DNA from: Holophagales bacterium
GTDB taxonomy: Bacteria; Acidobacteriota; Thermoanaerobaculia; Multivoradales; JAGPDF01
Direction: 5' to 3'
Length of the DNA: 64,000 bases
NCBI GenBank assembly: GCA_016699405.1
Contig: CP064972.1
Span: 3,464,165 to 3,528,164 of the forward strand
In this document: piece by piece, positions 1-9,091 of the stretch
Numbering within the stretch: the stretch's first letter is position 1
How the letters are laid out: each line of letters opens with the position of its first letter
Notes under the pieces: model-generated
What the model was told of the DNA's origin: nothing
The model's database searches: none
Seen by the model: only the letters and a program-made list of their open reading frames with translations
Translations under genes and position numbers: made by a program

Positions 1-6
1 CGGGGG

Positions 7-1347
7 TCAGGCGCCTGCCGCCGCCTTCTGCCGGCGGATGCAGAGCTCGAAGGCGTTGCCAGCGGCGAAGGTCAATCGCCGCAGCTCGTCGAGATCGGCG
101 GGAAGAACGGGCTTCGGCGAGCGATCGGCGTAGACCATGGCGACGGGCCGCCCCCGGACGCCGATCGCCGCCAGGATCGAGTCGGCCGGCAGCGCGCCGC
201 CCCAGATCTCGGCAAGTTGCCGGTGTGCCGGCAGCGGGGGCAGCGGTCCCCGGAAGGTCGGAGCGCCGTCTCGCAGGGTGGCGAAGATCGACGGGGCGGC
301 GAGCGAGATCCGCAGCTTCCGCAGGCGATCTTCGTCGACGCTCGATCCTCGGCCCATCCACCCTGCGACCTCGTCCTTTCGCAATGAGAGAAGGATCGCC
401 CGCTCGAATCGCGACGCGAGGAAGTCGAGAACCAGCCCGCCGATGCCGTCACGCTCCAGGGCTCGACCCATTCGCATTTCGACCTCGTTCACCGAGATCG
501 TCTCGGGAAGAGGAGGTCCGACGGCGCTCGAACCGCCGTCCGGAATCGCCACCTCGATCTCCACGGCGTCTGCCGGGTTCCTCGCAGGCAGCTGCTCTGG
601 GATCGAGGCGGAGGGCGACGCCTCTCCACCCGGCCCGGCGCTGTTCCGTGGGGAGGCTGGCGCTGTGGCCAACGACGCTCGAGCGCCGGCCGCAGGTGAA
701 CCGCCACCGTCCTGGGGTCGCGCTGGCATCGCTGGTTCGTTTGGCCGGGTCGCGGCAACCGGAGGCGCGATTCTCGGCGGCAAGGGCCGCGGGGGGGGGA
801 GCTCCCACGGGCTGCCCCCGAGAGGCGCCTCCGGCTTTTGCGCCTCGCCGTGAGGTTTCCGTTCCCAGAGGTACTTGGCGCGGTTGACCCGGTCGAGGAG
901 CTGCGAGAAGCGCTGGGGACACTCCTCGCCGTAGTACTTTTCGAGCGCCTCGAAGATCCGGGCCTCGTTGGCGATGTGGATCCGAAGCCGCTTGCCGCTG
1001 ACGAACCCCAGCTCGTCCTGAATCGCCAGGTCCCGCACGCCGAGCAGGGCGACCGAGAGCTGGCCGCCCAGGAGACGGAACGGAATCGCCTGGCAGCGGC
1101 GGGCGACCTTGGCGGGAAGAAGCGCCGTGACCTCGTCCGGGACCCCGCGCAGGTCCTCGACCTCGGCGGCGGGAACGCCGAGTTGCTGAGAGAGAGCGCG
1201 CATCAACAGTTTCTCCTCGACCGCCTCCATCTCGAGCAGACAGGTCCCGAGTCTCCCGCCGACGAGCTTCTGGTGATTGAGTGCCCTCAGCAGGTGCTCA
1301 GGGCTGACCCAGCCCTGCTCGAGGAGTATCTGGCCAAGGCGCTTCAT
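7..1347 (-). CDS. Hypothetical protein. The N-terminal region resembles the type II secretion ATPase GspE N-terminal domain (T2SSE_N fold). This is followed by a Pro-rich linker and an uncharacterised C-terminal domain.
   Basis: 446-aa ORF. N-terminal ~150 aa (LGQILLEQGWVSPEHLLRAL...IPFRLLGGQLSVALLG) resembles GspE_N-type domains. A PxP-rich low-complexity linker follows, then a ~170-aa C-terminal globular part. Divergent from the TPR gene that follows. Confidence 0.5.
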   Translation of the reverse strand: MKRLGQILLEQGWVSPEHLLRALNHQKLVGGRLGTCLLEMEAVEEKLLMRALSQQLGVPAAEVEDLRGVPDEVTALLPAKVARRCQAIPFRLLGGQLSVALLGVRDLAIQDELGFVSGKRLRIHIANEARIFEALEKYYGEECPQRFSQLLDRVNRAKYLWERKPHGEAQKPEAPLGGSPWELPPPRPLPPRIAPPVAATRPNEPAMPARPQDGGGSPAAGARASLATAPASPRNSAGPGGEASPSASIPEQLPARNPADAVEIEVAIPDGGSSAVGPPLPETISVNEVEMRMGRALERDGIGGLVLDFLASRFERAILLSLRKDEVAGWMGRGSSVDEDRLRKLRISLAAPSIFATLRDGAPTFRGPLPPLPAHRQLAEIWGGALPADSILAAIGVRGRPVAMVYADRSPKPVLPADLDELRRLTFAAGNAFELCIRRQKAAAGA

Positions 1348-1405
1348 CGAGAAGGAGAATCTTGGAGTAAGCCCATCATATGGCTGGACTTAGACGCGTC
1401 GGGGG

Positions 1406-3379
1406 ATGATAGCGCGCACCCCTCGGGTTGTAAAGGAAGCCGTCGCTGGATATCTTGCGGACATGGGCTTACGCCGCCGCACGTCGATCGGGTTTTTCGC
1501 GAGCATCCTGGCCATCGCGGCCGCCGCCTCGGCGCAGGCCCCGCTGCCGGCAAGCGCCGGAGCGGAGGCGTTCGTCCTCTTTCATGCGCTCGCCGACGAG
1601 GGCCGCCTGGTCGACGCCAGAAGTGAGCTGGATCGGGCGTTGGCGGCCTCCCCCGACGACGCGTACGTGCACGCCGAAGCCGCGCGGTTCCTGATGCGCA
1701 TGGGCCAGCTCGGCGCCGCCGCACAGCAGGCGGACGAAGCCCTCCGGTGCGCCCCTTCCTCCCCTGATGTGCTGCGCATCGCGGGCCAGGTTTTCATGAC
1801 CCAGGTCGAACGCGAGCCGACCGCGTTGGCCAAGGCCCGGAGCGCGTTCGAAACGCTGCGGGCGTCGCGTCCAGGCGACCTCGAGGCGTTGATCTCTCTC
1901 GGTCAGATCTTCCTCGGTTCGGGGGATCCGGCCCGTGCCGTCGAGGTTCTGAAGGAGGCGCTCTCGTTCTACCCGCAGCATCCGATGGTCTTGGCGATGC
2001 TCGCCGATGCCAGTCGTGCGGCGAAGGACTCGGCAGGAGCGGAGCTGGCGTTGACCAGCCTCGTCGGACTTGCTCCGGACAGGCTCGAAGCCCGGGTGGA
2101 GCTCGCGGACCTCCTGATCGAGCGGGGAGCGGCACGCGATGCCGTCGTGCTGTTGTCGGCGGCTCCTCCGTCCCAGGTGGCGACCGCCGAGGTCACCCGC
2201 CGTCTGGCGCTCGCGAGCTATCAGGCTGGAGACCTGCCGGGCGCCATGCGCGCCCTCGATCTCCTCCTCGCCGAGCGTCCGGACTTCGGCGGCGGCCACT
2301 ATCTCAAGGGAATGGTGCTGCTGGCGGAGGGCCGGGCCGAGGAGGCCGCGGTCGAGCTCGACACGCTTCGCCAGGCCGATCCGAAGAATCCGGAGTTGGC
2401 CGCGGTCACCGCCCGCGCCTTCGACCGGTCGGGAGCGACGGACCGCGCGGCGGAGATCCTCGCGACGCTCGAAGAGCACCTGACTGAGCAGAAACAGACG
2501 GCCGAAGCGCTGGAGATCCGACTCGAACGAGCCGACCTGCTCTCCCGCCACGGCCGCCTCGACGACGCTCTGGCCCTCACTGCCCCTCCGTCCGTCGGGG
2601 CCGGGGCTGACGTCGAATCGCGTCGAGCACTGGGGCAGGCGCGCACGGAGATCCTCGCCCGCCTCGAGCGCTGGGACGAGGCGCTGGAGCTGGCGACGGC
2701 CTCCGATCTGCCCGAGCCGGGGAAGAGCGGTCTGCGCGCGGAGCTCCTCTTCCGAGCCCATCGGGAACGCGAAGCCGGGGAGGTCGTGGCCCGCCTGGTC
2801 CAGGCGGCGGACGCCGCGTCGCTTACGGCCGCCGCCGAAGCGCTGCAGCGGGTGAATCGGCATGCCGAGGCTCTGCCCATTCTGGAGAAGGCTCGCGTGC
2901 TCGAACCGGAATCGCCGCGTCTCGCCTTCCAGCTCGGCGTTTCGCTCGAAAGAACCGGTCGAATCCAGGACGCGATCGCCGAGCTCTCGCGAGCGGTGGA
3001 GAAGGCGCCGCAGTTCGCTGCCGCCCTCAACTACCTCGCCTATCTGCTGGCGGAGGCGGGCGTGCGGCTCGAGGACGCCGCGGCGATGGCGGAGAAGGCC
3101 CTGGGCATTTCGCCGGAAAGTGGCGCCTACGTCGATACGTTGGGTTGGATCCGCTATCGCCAGGGCGACCTCGCGACGGCCAAGGTGCTGATCGAGAGGG
3201 CGGTCCGCCTGGTCGGCGACGACGCAACCCTGTTCGAGCATCTCGGGGACGTGCTGGCGGCACTCGGGGACCGCGAAGGCGCACTTCGGTCGTTCGACAA
3301 GTCTCTGGCGATCGGCCCGGAGAACCGGGCGGCGGTCGAGCTGAAGCGCAAGGCGCTCGCGAGCCGGAACGGTTCCTGA
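1406..3379 (+). CDS. Secreted TPR-repeat protein.
   Basis: 657-aa ORF with a hydrophobic signal-like segment (FFASILAIAAAASAQA) and multiple TPR-like repeats along its length. The true start may be the downstream Met (MGLRRR...). Confidence 0.6.
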   Translation: MIARTPRVVKEAVAGYLADMGLRRRTSIGFFASILAIAAAASAQAPLPASAGAEAFVLFHALADEGRLVDARSELDRALAASPDDAYVHAEAARFLMRMGQLGAAAQQADEALRCAPSSPDVLRIAGQVFMTQVEREPTALAKARSAFETLRASRPGDLEALISLGQIFLGSGDPARAVEVLKEALSFYPQHPMVLAMLADASRAAKDSAGAELALTSLVGLAPDRLEARVELADLLIERGAARDAVVLLSAAPPSQVATAEVTRRLALASYQAGDLPGAMRALDLLLAERPDFGGGHYLKGMVLLAEGRAEEAAVELDTLRQADPKNPELAAVTARAFDRSGATDRAAEILATLEEHLTEQKQTAEALEIRLERADLLSRHGRLDDALALTAPPSVGAGADVESRRALGQARTEILARLERWDEALELATASDLPEPGKSGLRAELLFRAHREREAGEVVARLVQAADAASLTAAAEALQRVNRHAEALPILEKARVLEPESPRLAFQLGVSLERTGRIQDAIAELSRAVEKAPQFAAALNYLAYLLAEAGVRLEDAAAMAEKALGISPESGAYVDTLGWIRYRQGDLATAKVLIERAVRLVGDDATLFEHLGDVLAALGDREGALRSFDKSLAIGPENRAAVELKRKALASRNGS

Positions 3380-3380
3380 G

Positions 3381-4064
3381 GTGCGAGCTTTCTCCGCGCT
3401 TCTGGCGCCCTGGCTCCTCCTGGCCCTGGCCTGTTCCAGTCTGCCGGCCAAGGCGCCGCGAGTCGGCCCGGGGCAGTATCTTTTCCGTGTCGAAGCGCGA
3501 AGCCAGGAGCGAGAAGCCCACCTGCGGGTCGTGCTGCGTTTCGCCGGTGAACGCCGTTTCCAGATCGGCGCGGCGGACCTGGTGGGCAGAACGGTCTGGA
3601 CCTTCGCCGTGGCCGGAGACCACTTCCTCTGGGCCGACCATCGGCAGCGCAAGGTCTGTCGCGGGGAGGCCAGCGAAGCCCTGGCACTCCCGCTCCTGCA
3701 ACTCGAGCTCTCGCCGGGGGCCGTCCCCCAGATCCTCTTGGGCGCTCTCCCGATCGCGATTCCTGCCGAGGCGGCCAAGGGAACCGACGGGCGGGTACGC
3801 TTCGTCGACGGGGCGGGGCACCACTGGCTCGCCGGGGTCGATTCCCACGACGAGCTCCGCGAATGGCAGATGAGCGACAGCACCGGAAGGACGATCGCGA
3901 CCTGGCAGCGCGACGGCGGGACGTCCGAGCTGGCGTTGCCGCAGCGGGAGCTGACCCTCCGGTGGCGGCAGGCGTCGGCGGAGCCGCTCCCGGGAGACTG
4001 GGCGCCGTTCGCCACGCCGGACGGTTTCGAGGAGTGCGGGTGTGACCAGCTCGACCTTCCGTAG
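3381..4064 (+). CDS. lolB: Outer-membrane lipoprotein, LolB-like.
   Basis: Signal peptide with lipobox (LLLALAC|SS). It is ~225 aa, lies immediately upstream of and overlaps ispE (the classical lolB-ispE-prs arrangement), and shows weak motif similarity to LolB. Confidence 0.5.
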   Translation: MRAFSALLAPWLLLALACSSLPAKAPRVGPGQYLFRVEARSQEREAHLRVVLRFAGERRFQIGAADLVGRTVWTFAVAGDHFLWADHRQRKVCRGEASEALALPLLQLELSPGAVPQILLGALPIAIPAEAAKGTDGRVRFVDGAGHHWLAGVDSHDELREWQMSDSTGRTIATWQRDGGTSELALPQRELTLRWRQASAEPLPGDWAPFATPDGFEECGCDQLDLP

Positions 4065-4950
4065 CTACGCCAAGGTCAACCTTCACCTGCAGGTCGTGGC
4101 CCGTCGTCCCGACGGCCACCACGAGCTACGGACCGTCTTCCAGTCGATCGATCTCCATGACCGGATCGGGCTTGAAGTCTCGCCGGCGGGTGTCGTTCGC
4201 CTCGAGGTCGTCGGCGCCGAGCTTTCCGCCGGGCCGGAGAATCTCGTCGTTCGGGCGATGGAAGCGTTCCGTGAGCGCTGGGCGCCCGGTCTGGGCGTGA
4301 GTGCCCGGCTCGAAAAGCGGATCCCGCTCGGTGGGGGGCTCGGGGGAGGAAGCAGCAACGCCGCCACGACCCTGCTTGGCCTGCGGTGGCTTGTCGGAGC
4401 GCCGGCGACGGTCGAGGAGCTCTGGCCGGTCGCACGCTCGCTGGGTGCCGACGTGCCGTTCTTCCTCTTGGGCGGCACGGCCCTCGGTTTCGGCCGCGGC
4501 GACGAGCTCGTTCCCCTGGTCGAGCCGAAGCGATCGACCCTCTGGCTCGCCCTGCCTCCCGTGCAGGTCGCAACAGGGCGCATCTTCAAGAGCCTGGGAG
4601 ATTTGACAGAGGCCCCGCTAGCGCCTAGCATTGGCGGCCTCCTGCGAGTGCCGACGCCGCGGCGTGTCGAGCTCGAGAGGCTCTGTGGCTGGAACGATTT
4701 GCAGGAGACCGTCTTCGGGCTGCATCCGGAGATCGCGGAAATCGGAGCGATCCTCGAAAGCGCTGGAGCCAGTTGGGTTCGGCTTTCCGGTAGCGGGTCG
4801 ACGCTGGTGGCGCGTTTCCGGGAAGCCCAGGTGGCCGCAGCGGCTGCGAGCCGGCTTCCCGCGGGGTGCCGGCTGCTGCCGGTGCGGACGCTCGCCCGTC
4901 AGTCCTGGAGGCGCCAGTGGGCGGTTCCGGCGCGGGATGGCCGGAGCTGA
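4042..4950 (+). CDS. ispE: 4-diphosphocytidyl-2-C-methyl-D-erythritol kinase (GHMP kinase).
   Basis: N-terminal motif AKVNLHLQV and the GHMP ATP-binding motif PLGGGLGGGSSNAA. 302 aa. Lies in the lolB-ispE-prs neighbourhood. Confidence 0.9.
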   Translation: MTSSTFRSYAKVNLHLQVVARRPDGHHELRTVFQSIDLHDRIGLEVSPAGVVRLEVVGAELSAGPENLVVRAMEAFRERWAPGLGVSARLEKRIPLGGGLGGGSSNAATTLLGLRWLVGAPATVEELWPVARSLGADVPFFLLGGTALGFGRGDELVPLVEPKRSTLWLALPPVQVATGRIFKSLGDLTEAPLAPSIGGLLRVPTPRRVELERLCGWNDLQETVFGLHPEIAEIGAILESAGASWVRLSGSGSTLVARFREAQVAAAAASRLPAGCRLLPVRTLARQSWRRQWAVPARDGRS

Positions 4951-4979
4951 ACGAGGACTCTCGAGGTCAGGTCGAGGCG

Positions 4980-5396
4980 ATGGAGATCACCGAAGTCAAG
5001 GTCTTTCCAGTCGGGGATCCGAAGCTCAGAGCGTTCGTGTCGGTGGTCTTCGATCGCTGCTTCATGGTCAACGACATCCGGGTCATCGAGGGGAAGCAGG
5101 GCCTTTTCATCAGCATGCCGAACCGGCGCCGTCGCAACGGGGAGTTCAAGGACGTTGCTCACCCGCTGAATCAGGAGACCCGAAGCTGGATCGAAACCCG
5201 CGTTCTCGCCGAGTACGAGCGGATTTCGGACGGAGGGGCGCCGGTTCCGGTTGCCGAGGGCGACGATCGTCGCGTCGGGCCGCGGGAGACCGAGATCCGA
5301 TCGGTCGCAGAGACGGCGGCGAACGCCGCCACGGAGAAGAGCCTGGAGGAGGTCCAGGAGGCTCATCTTCGGGAATCGTTCTGGTCGCTGGACTGA
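4980..5396 (+). CDS. spoVG: Septation protein SpoVG with an acidic C-terminal extension.
   Basis: MEITEVKVFPVGDPKLRAFVSVVFDRCFMVNDIRVIEGKQGLFISMPNRRR is a canonical SpoVG core. The start was moved to the internal ATG at 4980, because the upstream part of the ORF-track frame overlaps ispE. Confidence 0.85.
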   Translation: MEITEVKVFPVGDPKLRAFVSVVFDRCFMVNDIRVIEGKQGLFISMPNRRRRNGEFKDVAHPLNQETRSWIETRVLAEYERISDGGAPVPVAEGDDRRVGPRETEIRSVAETAANAATEKSLEEVQEAHLRESFWSLD

Positions 5397-5437
5397 GTGA
5401 GCGCAGCAGTGGGGCAGCAAGCCGGAGCACCCGCAAA

Positions 5438-5512
5438 TGGGGCGTCGCCAAGCGGTAAGGCACGAGACTTTGGATCTCGCATTCGGAGGTTCGAATCCTC
5501 CCGCCCCAACCA
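5438..5512 (+). tRNA. tRNA-Gln, anticodon UUG.
   Basis: Cloverleaf read by hand. Acceptor UGGGGCG/CGCCCCA, U8, D-arm, anticodon stem CGAGA/UCUCG with loop CUUUGGA (anticodon UUG), T-arm GGAGG-UUCGAAU-CCUCC, discriminator A, and an encoded CCA. Confidence 0.8.
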
Positions 5513-5581
5513 GCGCCGAGTGTTTGCGGACGTCGGACGCGGCGCGCGATTGATGCGCCTGGAACCTCGAGCGGAGTCGAC

Positions 5582-6529
5582 ATGATGCGCGGTGCGTCGA
5601 TCAAGATCTTCGGCGGGAGGGCACACCCCGATCTCGTGCGCGAGATCTGCGAGTACCTTGGCGTCTCGCCGGGCAATTCGACGGCGTTCAACTTCTCGGA
5701 CGGCGAGACGTTCTGCCAGATCGACGAGAACGTGCGCGGCGCCGACGTGTTCATCGTCCAGCCGACCTGTCGGCCGGTCAACGAGACGCTGATCGAGCTG
5801 TTGATCATGATCGACGCCTTCAAGCGCTCCTCGGCGTCGCGGATCACCGCCGTGCTCCCGTACTACGGCTACGCCCGCCAGGACAAGAAGGACCGCCCTC
5901 GCGTGCCGATCACCGCCAAGCTGGTGGCGGACCTGATCTCGCGGGCGGGGGCCGATCGCGTCCTCACGCTCGACCTCCACGCGTCGCAGATCCAGGGGTT
6001 CTTCGACGTTCCGGTGGATCACCTCTTCGCCGCTCCGGTGCTGCTCGAGGCCATTCGCGATCTCAACATCCCCGACCTGATCATCGTCTCTCCCGACGCC
6101 GGCGGCGTCGAGCGAGCCCGGGCCATCGCCAAGCGGCTTGGAGTGGGCCTGGCGATCGTCGACAAGCGGCGGGTCGCGCCGAACGAGGCCGAGGTGATGC
6201 ACATCATCGGTGACGTCGACGGCCACGGTGCCCTGATCGTCGACGACATCATCGACACGGCGGGCACCCTGACCAAGACGGTCGAGGCGCTTTGCGCCCG
6301 GGGCGCGCGACGCGTGCTCGCCGCGGGTGTGCACGGGGTTCTCTCCGGTCCCGCCCTCAAGCGGATCGAGGAGTCTCCGCTCGAGCAAGTGCTCATCACC
6401 AACACGATTCCGGTCGAGGACAAGCTGGCTCGCTGCGGCAAGCTGCGGGTCCACACGGTGGCGCCGCTGCTGGGCGAAGCGATCCGCCGCATCCACGAGA
6501 ACAGCTCCGTCAGCTCGCTGTTCGTGTAG
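5582..6529 (+). CDS. prs: Ribose-phosphate pyrophosphokinase (PRPP synthetase).
   Basis: 315 aa, IKIFGG...DGETFCQIDENVRGADVFIVQP, with the PRPP-binding motif DLHA and the VDDIIDTAGT loop. Confidence 0.95.
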   Translation: MMRGASIKIFGGRAHPDLVREICEYLGVSPGNSTAFNFSDGETFCQIDENVRGADVFIVQPTCRPVNETLIELLIMIDAFKRSSASRITAVLPYYGYARQDKKDRPRVPITAKLVADLISRAGADRVLTLDLHASQIQGFFDVPVDHLFAAPVLLEAIRDLNIPDLIIVSPDAGGVERARAIAKRLGVGLAIVDKRRVAPNEAEVMHIIGDVDGHGALIVDDIIDTAGTLTKTVEALCARGARRVLAAGVHGVLSGPALKRIEESPLEQVLITNTIPVEDKLARCGKLRVHTVAPLLGEAIRRIHENSSVSSLFV

Positions 6530-6547
6530 CCCTAGAGGAAGGAACCC

Positions 6548-7198
6548 ATGGAAGACCTGATCATCGAAGTTCACAAGCGGGAAGAGACCGGCGACGGGCC
6601 GTGCGGGAGGCTGCGGCGGAGCGGTTGGGTTCCTGGCGTCGTCTACGGCGGCGGACGCGAGAACCTGTCGATCCGCATCGAAAAGAAGCCGCTCCTCGAG
6701 GCGCTCGAGAAGGGCGCCGGCGAGAATCGCGTCTTCCTGCTCAAGCTGATCGGAACCGACAAGAGCCGGCATACGATGATTCGCGACATGCAGGTCGACG
6801 CCGTCTCGCGACAGATCGTTCACATCGACTTCCAGCGGGTGCTGCTGGACGCCAAGATCCGCGTCAAGGTCCGCGTCGAGCTGTCGGGCACGGCGTTCGG
6901 CGTCAAGAACGAGGGCGGCATCGTCGATTTCGTCAGCCGCGAGGTCGAAGTCGAGTGCCTGCCGACGCTGATCCCACAGGTCATCGACGTCGACCTCACC
7001 GACCTGCACGTCGGGGATCACGTCGCGGCCAAGGATCTCAGCCTGCCGTCCGGCGTCAGCCTGCTCGGCGATCCCGAGCGGATCATCGCCTCGGTGGCCC
7101 ATGCCCGCGTCGAGGCCGAGGGGACGGAGGGTGCCACGCCCGCCGAAGGCAAGGAGCCCGAGGTGATCAAGCGCGGCAAGCCGGCCGAAGAGTCCTGA
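6548..7198 (+). CDS. rplY: 50S ribosomal protein L25 / general stress protein Ctc.
   Basis: L25/Ctc family (IEVHKREETG...GWVPGVVYGG). It occupies the conserved position between prs and pth. Confidence 0.9.
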   Translation: MEDLIIEVHKREETGDGPCGRLRRSGWVPGVVYGGGRENLSIRIEKKPLLEALEKGAGENRVFLLKLIGTDKSRHTMIRDMQVDAVSRQIVHIDFQRVLLDAKIRVKVRVELSGTAFGVKNEGGIVDFVSREVEVECLPTLIPQVIDVDLTDLHVGDHVAAKDLSLPSGVSLLGDPERIIASVAHARVEAEGTEGATPAEGKEPEVIKRGKPAEES

Positions 7199-7202
7199 GG
7201 CG

Positions 7203-7790
7203 TTGCGCCTCATCGTCGGGCTCGGGAATCCGGGCGTGGAGTACCGCGACTCGCGGCACAACCTCGGGTTCCGCGTCGTCGAGGAGCTGGCCGCACGGCG
7301 CCGAGTGGCCGTCGATCAGCCCTTCTGTAGCTCCTTGACCGCCCGATTCGACGAGGTCGTTGTCGCCGCGCCGCAGACCTTCATGAATCGCAGCGGACTC
7401 GCGGTCCGCTGCCTCGCCGAGCACGAGGCGCCCGAACCCGGCGGGATTCTGGTGGTCTACGACGATGTCGCGCTTCCGCTCGGCAGGCTGAGGCTGCGGG
7501 AGCAGGGGGGACCGGGAGGGCACCGCGGGTTGGCGTCGATCCTGGAGCACCTGCGCACCGACCTCGTGCCGCGCCTGCGGCTGGGAATCGGGGCCGCTCC
7601 GGAAGGCAGCGACCTTGCCGAGTGGGTTCTGTCGAGCTTCCTGCCGGAGGAGACGGCGGCGGTTCGGGCGATGGTCGAGCGCGCGGCCGACGCCTGCGAC
7701 GCTTGGCTCCGGGAGCCGTTCTCGGACGTCGCGTCACGCTTCAACGCAGCAGCAACCGGGCCTTCGGTTGACGACACAGCCGAGGCCTGA
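7203..7790 (+). CDS. pth: Peptidyl-tRNA hydrolase.
   Basis: MRLIVGLGNPGVEYRDSRHNLGF is a canonical Pth N-terminus. 195 aa. Confidence 0.9.
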   Translation: MRLIVGLGNPGVEYRDSRHNLGFRVVEELAARRRVAVDQPFCSSLTARFDEVVVAAPQTFMNRSGLAVRCLAEHEAPEPGGILVVYDDVALPLGRLRLREQGGPGGHRGLASILEHLRTDLVPRLRLGIGAAPEGSDLAEWVLSSFLPEETAAVRAMVERAADACDAWLREPFSDVASRFNAAATGPSVDDTAEA

Positions 7791-7911
7791 GATCATCAAG
7801 GTTTAGCGCTGCGGCGATGCCGCCGTGGCCCGGCTCCGGGCGCACCGGAACCGACCTCTCTGCTCCGCCCCGTGCGGAGCCGAACGAGTCCAAAGGGAGG
7901 ACTTCGAAGGC

Positions 7912-8343
7912 ATGAGAACGTACGAGCTCGTCTTCATCGCCGACCCCAGGTTGTCGGACGAAGAAGTCGTCACCCTCACCGACGAGTACAAGCAGCTGAT
8001 CACCCAGAAGGGTGGCACGGTCCAGCGCGAGGAGAGCTGGGGGCGGCGCAAGCTTGCCTACCCGATCAACAAGCTCACCGAAGGCCGCTATGTCGTGCTG
8101 TACATCGACGTCGAAGCGAAGAACCCGGTCCCCGAGGTCGAGCTTCGCTTGCGGCAGAACGACAAGATCCTGCGCTACCTGACGGTGCGCACCGATCTCG
8201 ACCGCAAGCCGGAGTCCGGGGCCACGCTCTCTCCTGCCGAGCCGCGCGGTCGTTTCGGCGGCGACGAGCGGGAGCGTGGCGACCGTGACCGGGGCGAACG
8301 TGCCGACCGCGATCGTGGGTTGGCGACCGAGGAGGAGGCCTGA
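7912..8343 (+). CDS. rpsF: 30S ribosomal protein S6, with an acidic/Arg-rich C-terminal tail.
   Basis: [19 protein letters not shown]...[19 protein letters not shown] upstream. The start was moved to the internal ATG at 7912. Confidence 0.9.
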   Translation: MRTYELVFIADPRLSDEEVVTLTDEYKQLITQKGGTVQREESWGRRKLAYPINKLTEGRYVVLYIDVEAKNPVPEVELRLRQNDKILRYLTVRTDLDRKPESGATLSPAEPRGRFGGDERERGDRDRGERADRDRGLATEEEA

Positions 8344-8345
8344 TC

Positions 8346-8630
8346 ATGGCGCAACCGACCGGTAGAGGCGGTCCGAGAGGGGCCCGCGGGGCCAAGCCGG
8401 CTGGCAAGAAGCGCGTCTTCTTCCGCCGTCGCAAGGTCTGCAAGTTCTGCGCGGAGCACCTTGACTACATCGACTACAAGGACACCAAGCAGGTGCAGCA
8501 GTTCATCCTGGAGCGCGCCAAGATCCTGCCACGGCGCATCTCCGGCACCTGCGCTCGCCATCAGCGCATGGTCCAGCAGGCGATCAAGCGGGCCCGGCAC
8601 TTGGCACTGGTGCCGTTCACCACGGACTGA
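8346..8630 (+). CDS. rpsR: 30S ribosomal protein S18.
   Basis: [30 protein letters not shown]...[21 protein letters not shown]. 94 aa. Confidence 0.95.
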   Translation: MAQPTGRGGPRGARGAKPAGKKRVFFRRRKVCKFCAEHLDYIDYKDTKQVQQFILERAKILPRRISGTCARHQRMVQQAIKRARHLALVPFTTD

Positions 8631-8641
8631 GGAGGATCGCC

Positions 8642-9088
8642 ATGAAGATCATCCTGCTCAGTGATCTGCGCCACCGCGGCCGGCGGGGCGAGATCGTCGA
8701 CGTCAAGCCCGGCTACGCGCGTAATTTCCTGTTCCCCAACGGCATGGCTCTGGTGGCCAACGACGGCAACCTGAAGATCTTCGAGCAGGAGCGCAAGAAG
8801 ATCGACGCTCGCCACGCCGCCGAGCGTCAGGCCGCGGCGGAGATCGCCGCACGGATTGCCGGGATCAAGCTCTCCCTCACCAAGCGAGCCACCGAGTCGG
8901 GAACGCTCTACGGCTCGGTGAGCGTCACCGAGATCGCCGAGGCGCTCGCCGCCAAGGGGATCGAGGTCGATCGTCGGCAGATCGATCTCGTCGGCGGCAT
9001 CAAGACGCTCGGCGATCACCTCGTCCGGGTCGATCTTCACAGTGAGATCGTCGCCGAGCTCGCCGTTTCCGTCGCCGCCGCCGAGTAG
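8642..9088 (+). CDS. rplI: 50S ribosomal protein L9.
   Basis: MKIILLSDLRHRGRRGEIVDVKPGYARNFLFPNGMA. 148 aa. Confidence 0.95.
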   Translation: MKIILLSDLRHRGRRGEIVDVKPGYARNFLFPNGMALVANDGNLKIFEQERKKIDARHAAERQAAAEIAARIAGIKLSLTKRATESGTLYGSVSVTEIAEALAAKGIEVDRRQIDLVGGIKTLGDHLVRVDLHSEIVAELAVSVAAAE

Positions 9089-9091
9089 GCC

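Noticed and set aside
1469-4015. 848-aa minus-strand ORF.
   Set aside because: It is antisense to the TPR gene and the lolB-like gene. It is low-complexity Arg/Gly/Pro-rich with no domain, so it is treated as a GC artefact.
5363-7261. 632-aa minus-strand ORF.
   Set aside because: Antisense to tRNA-Gln, prs and rplY, which are certain genes.
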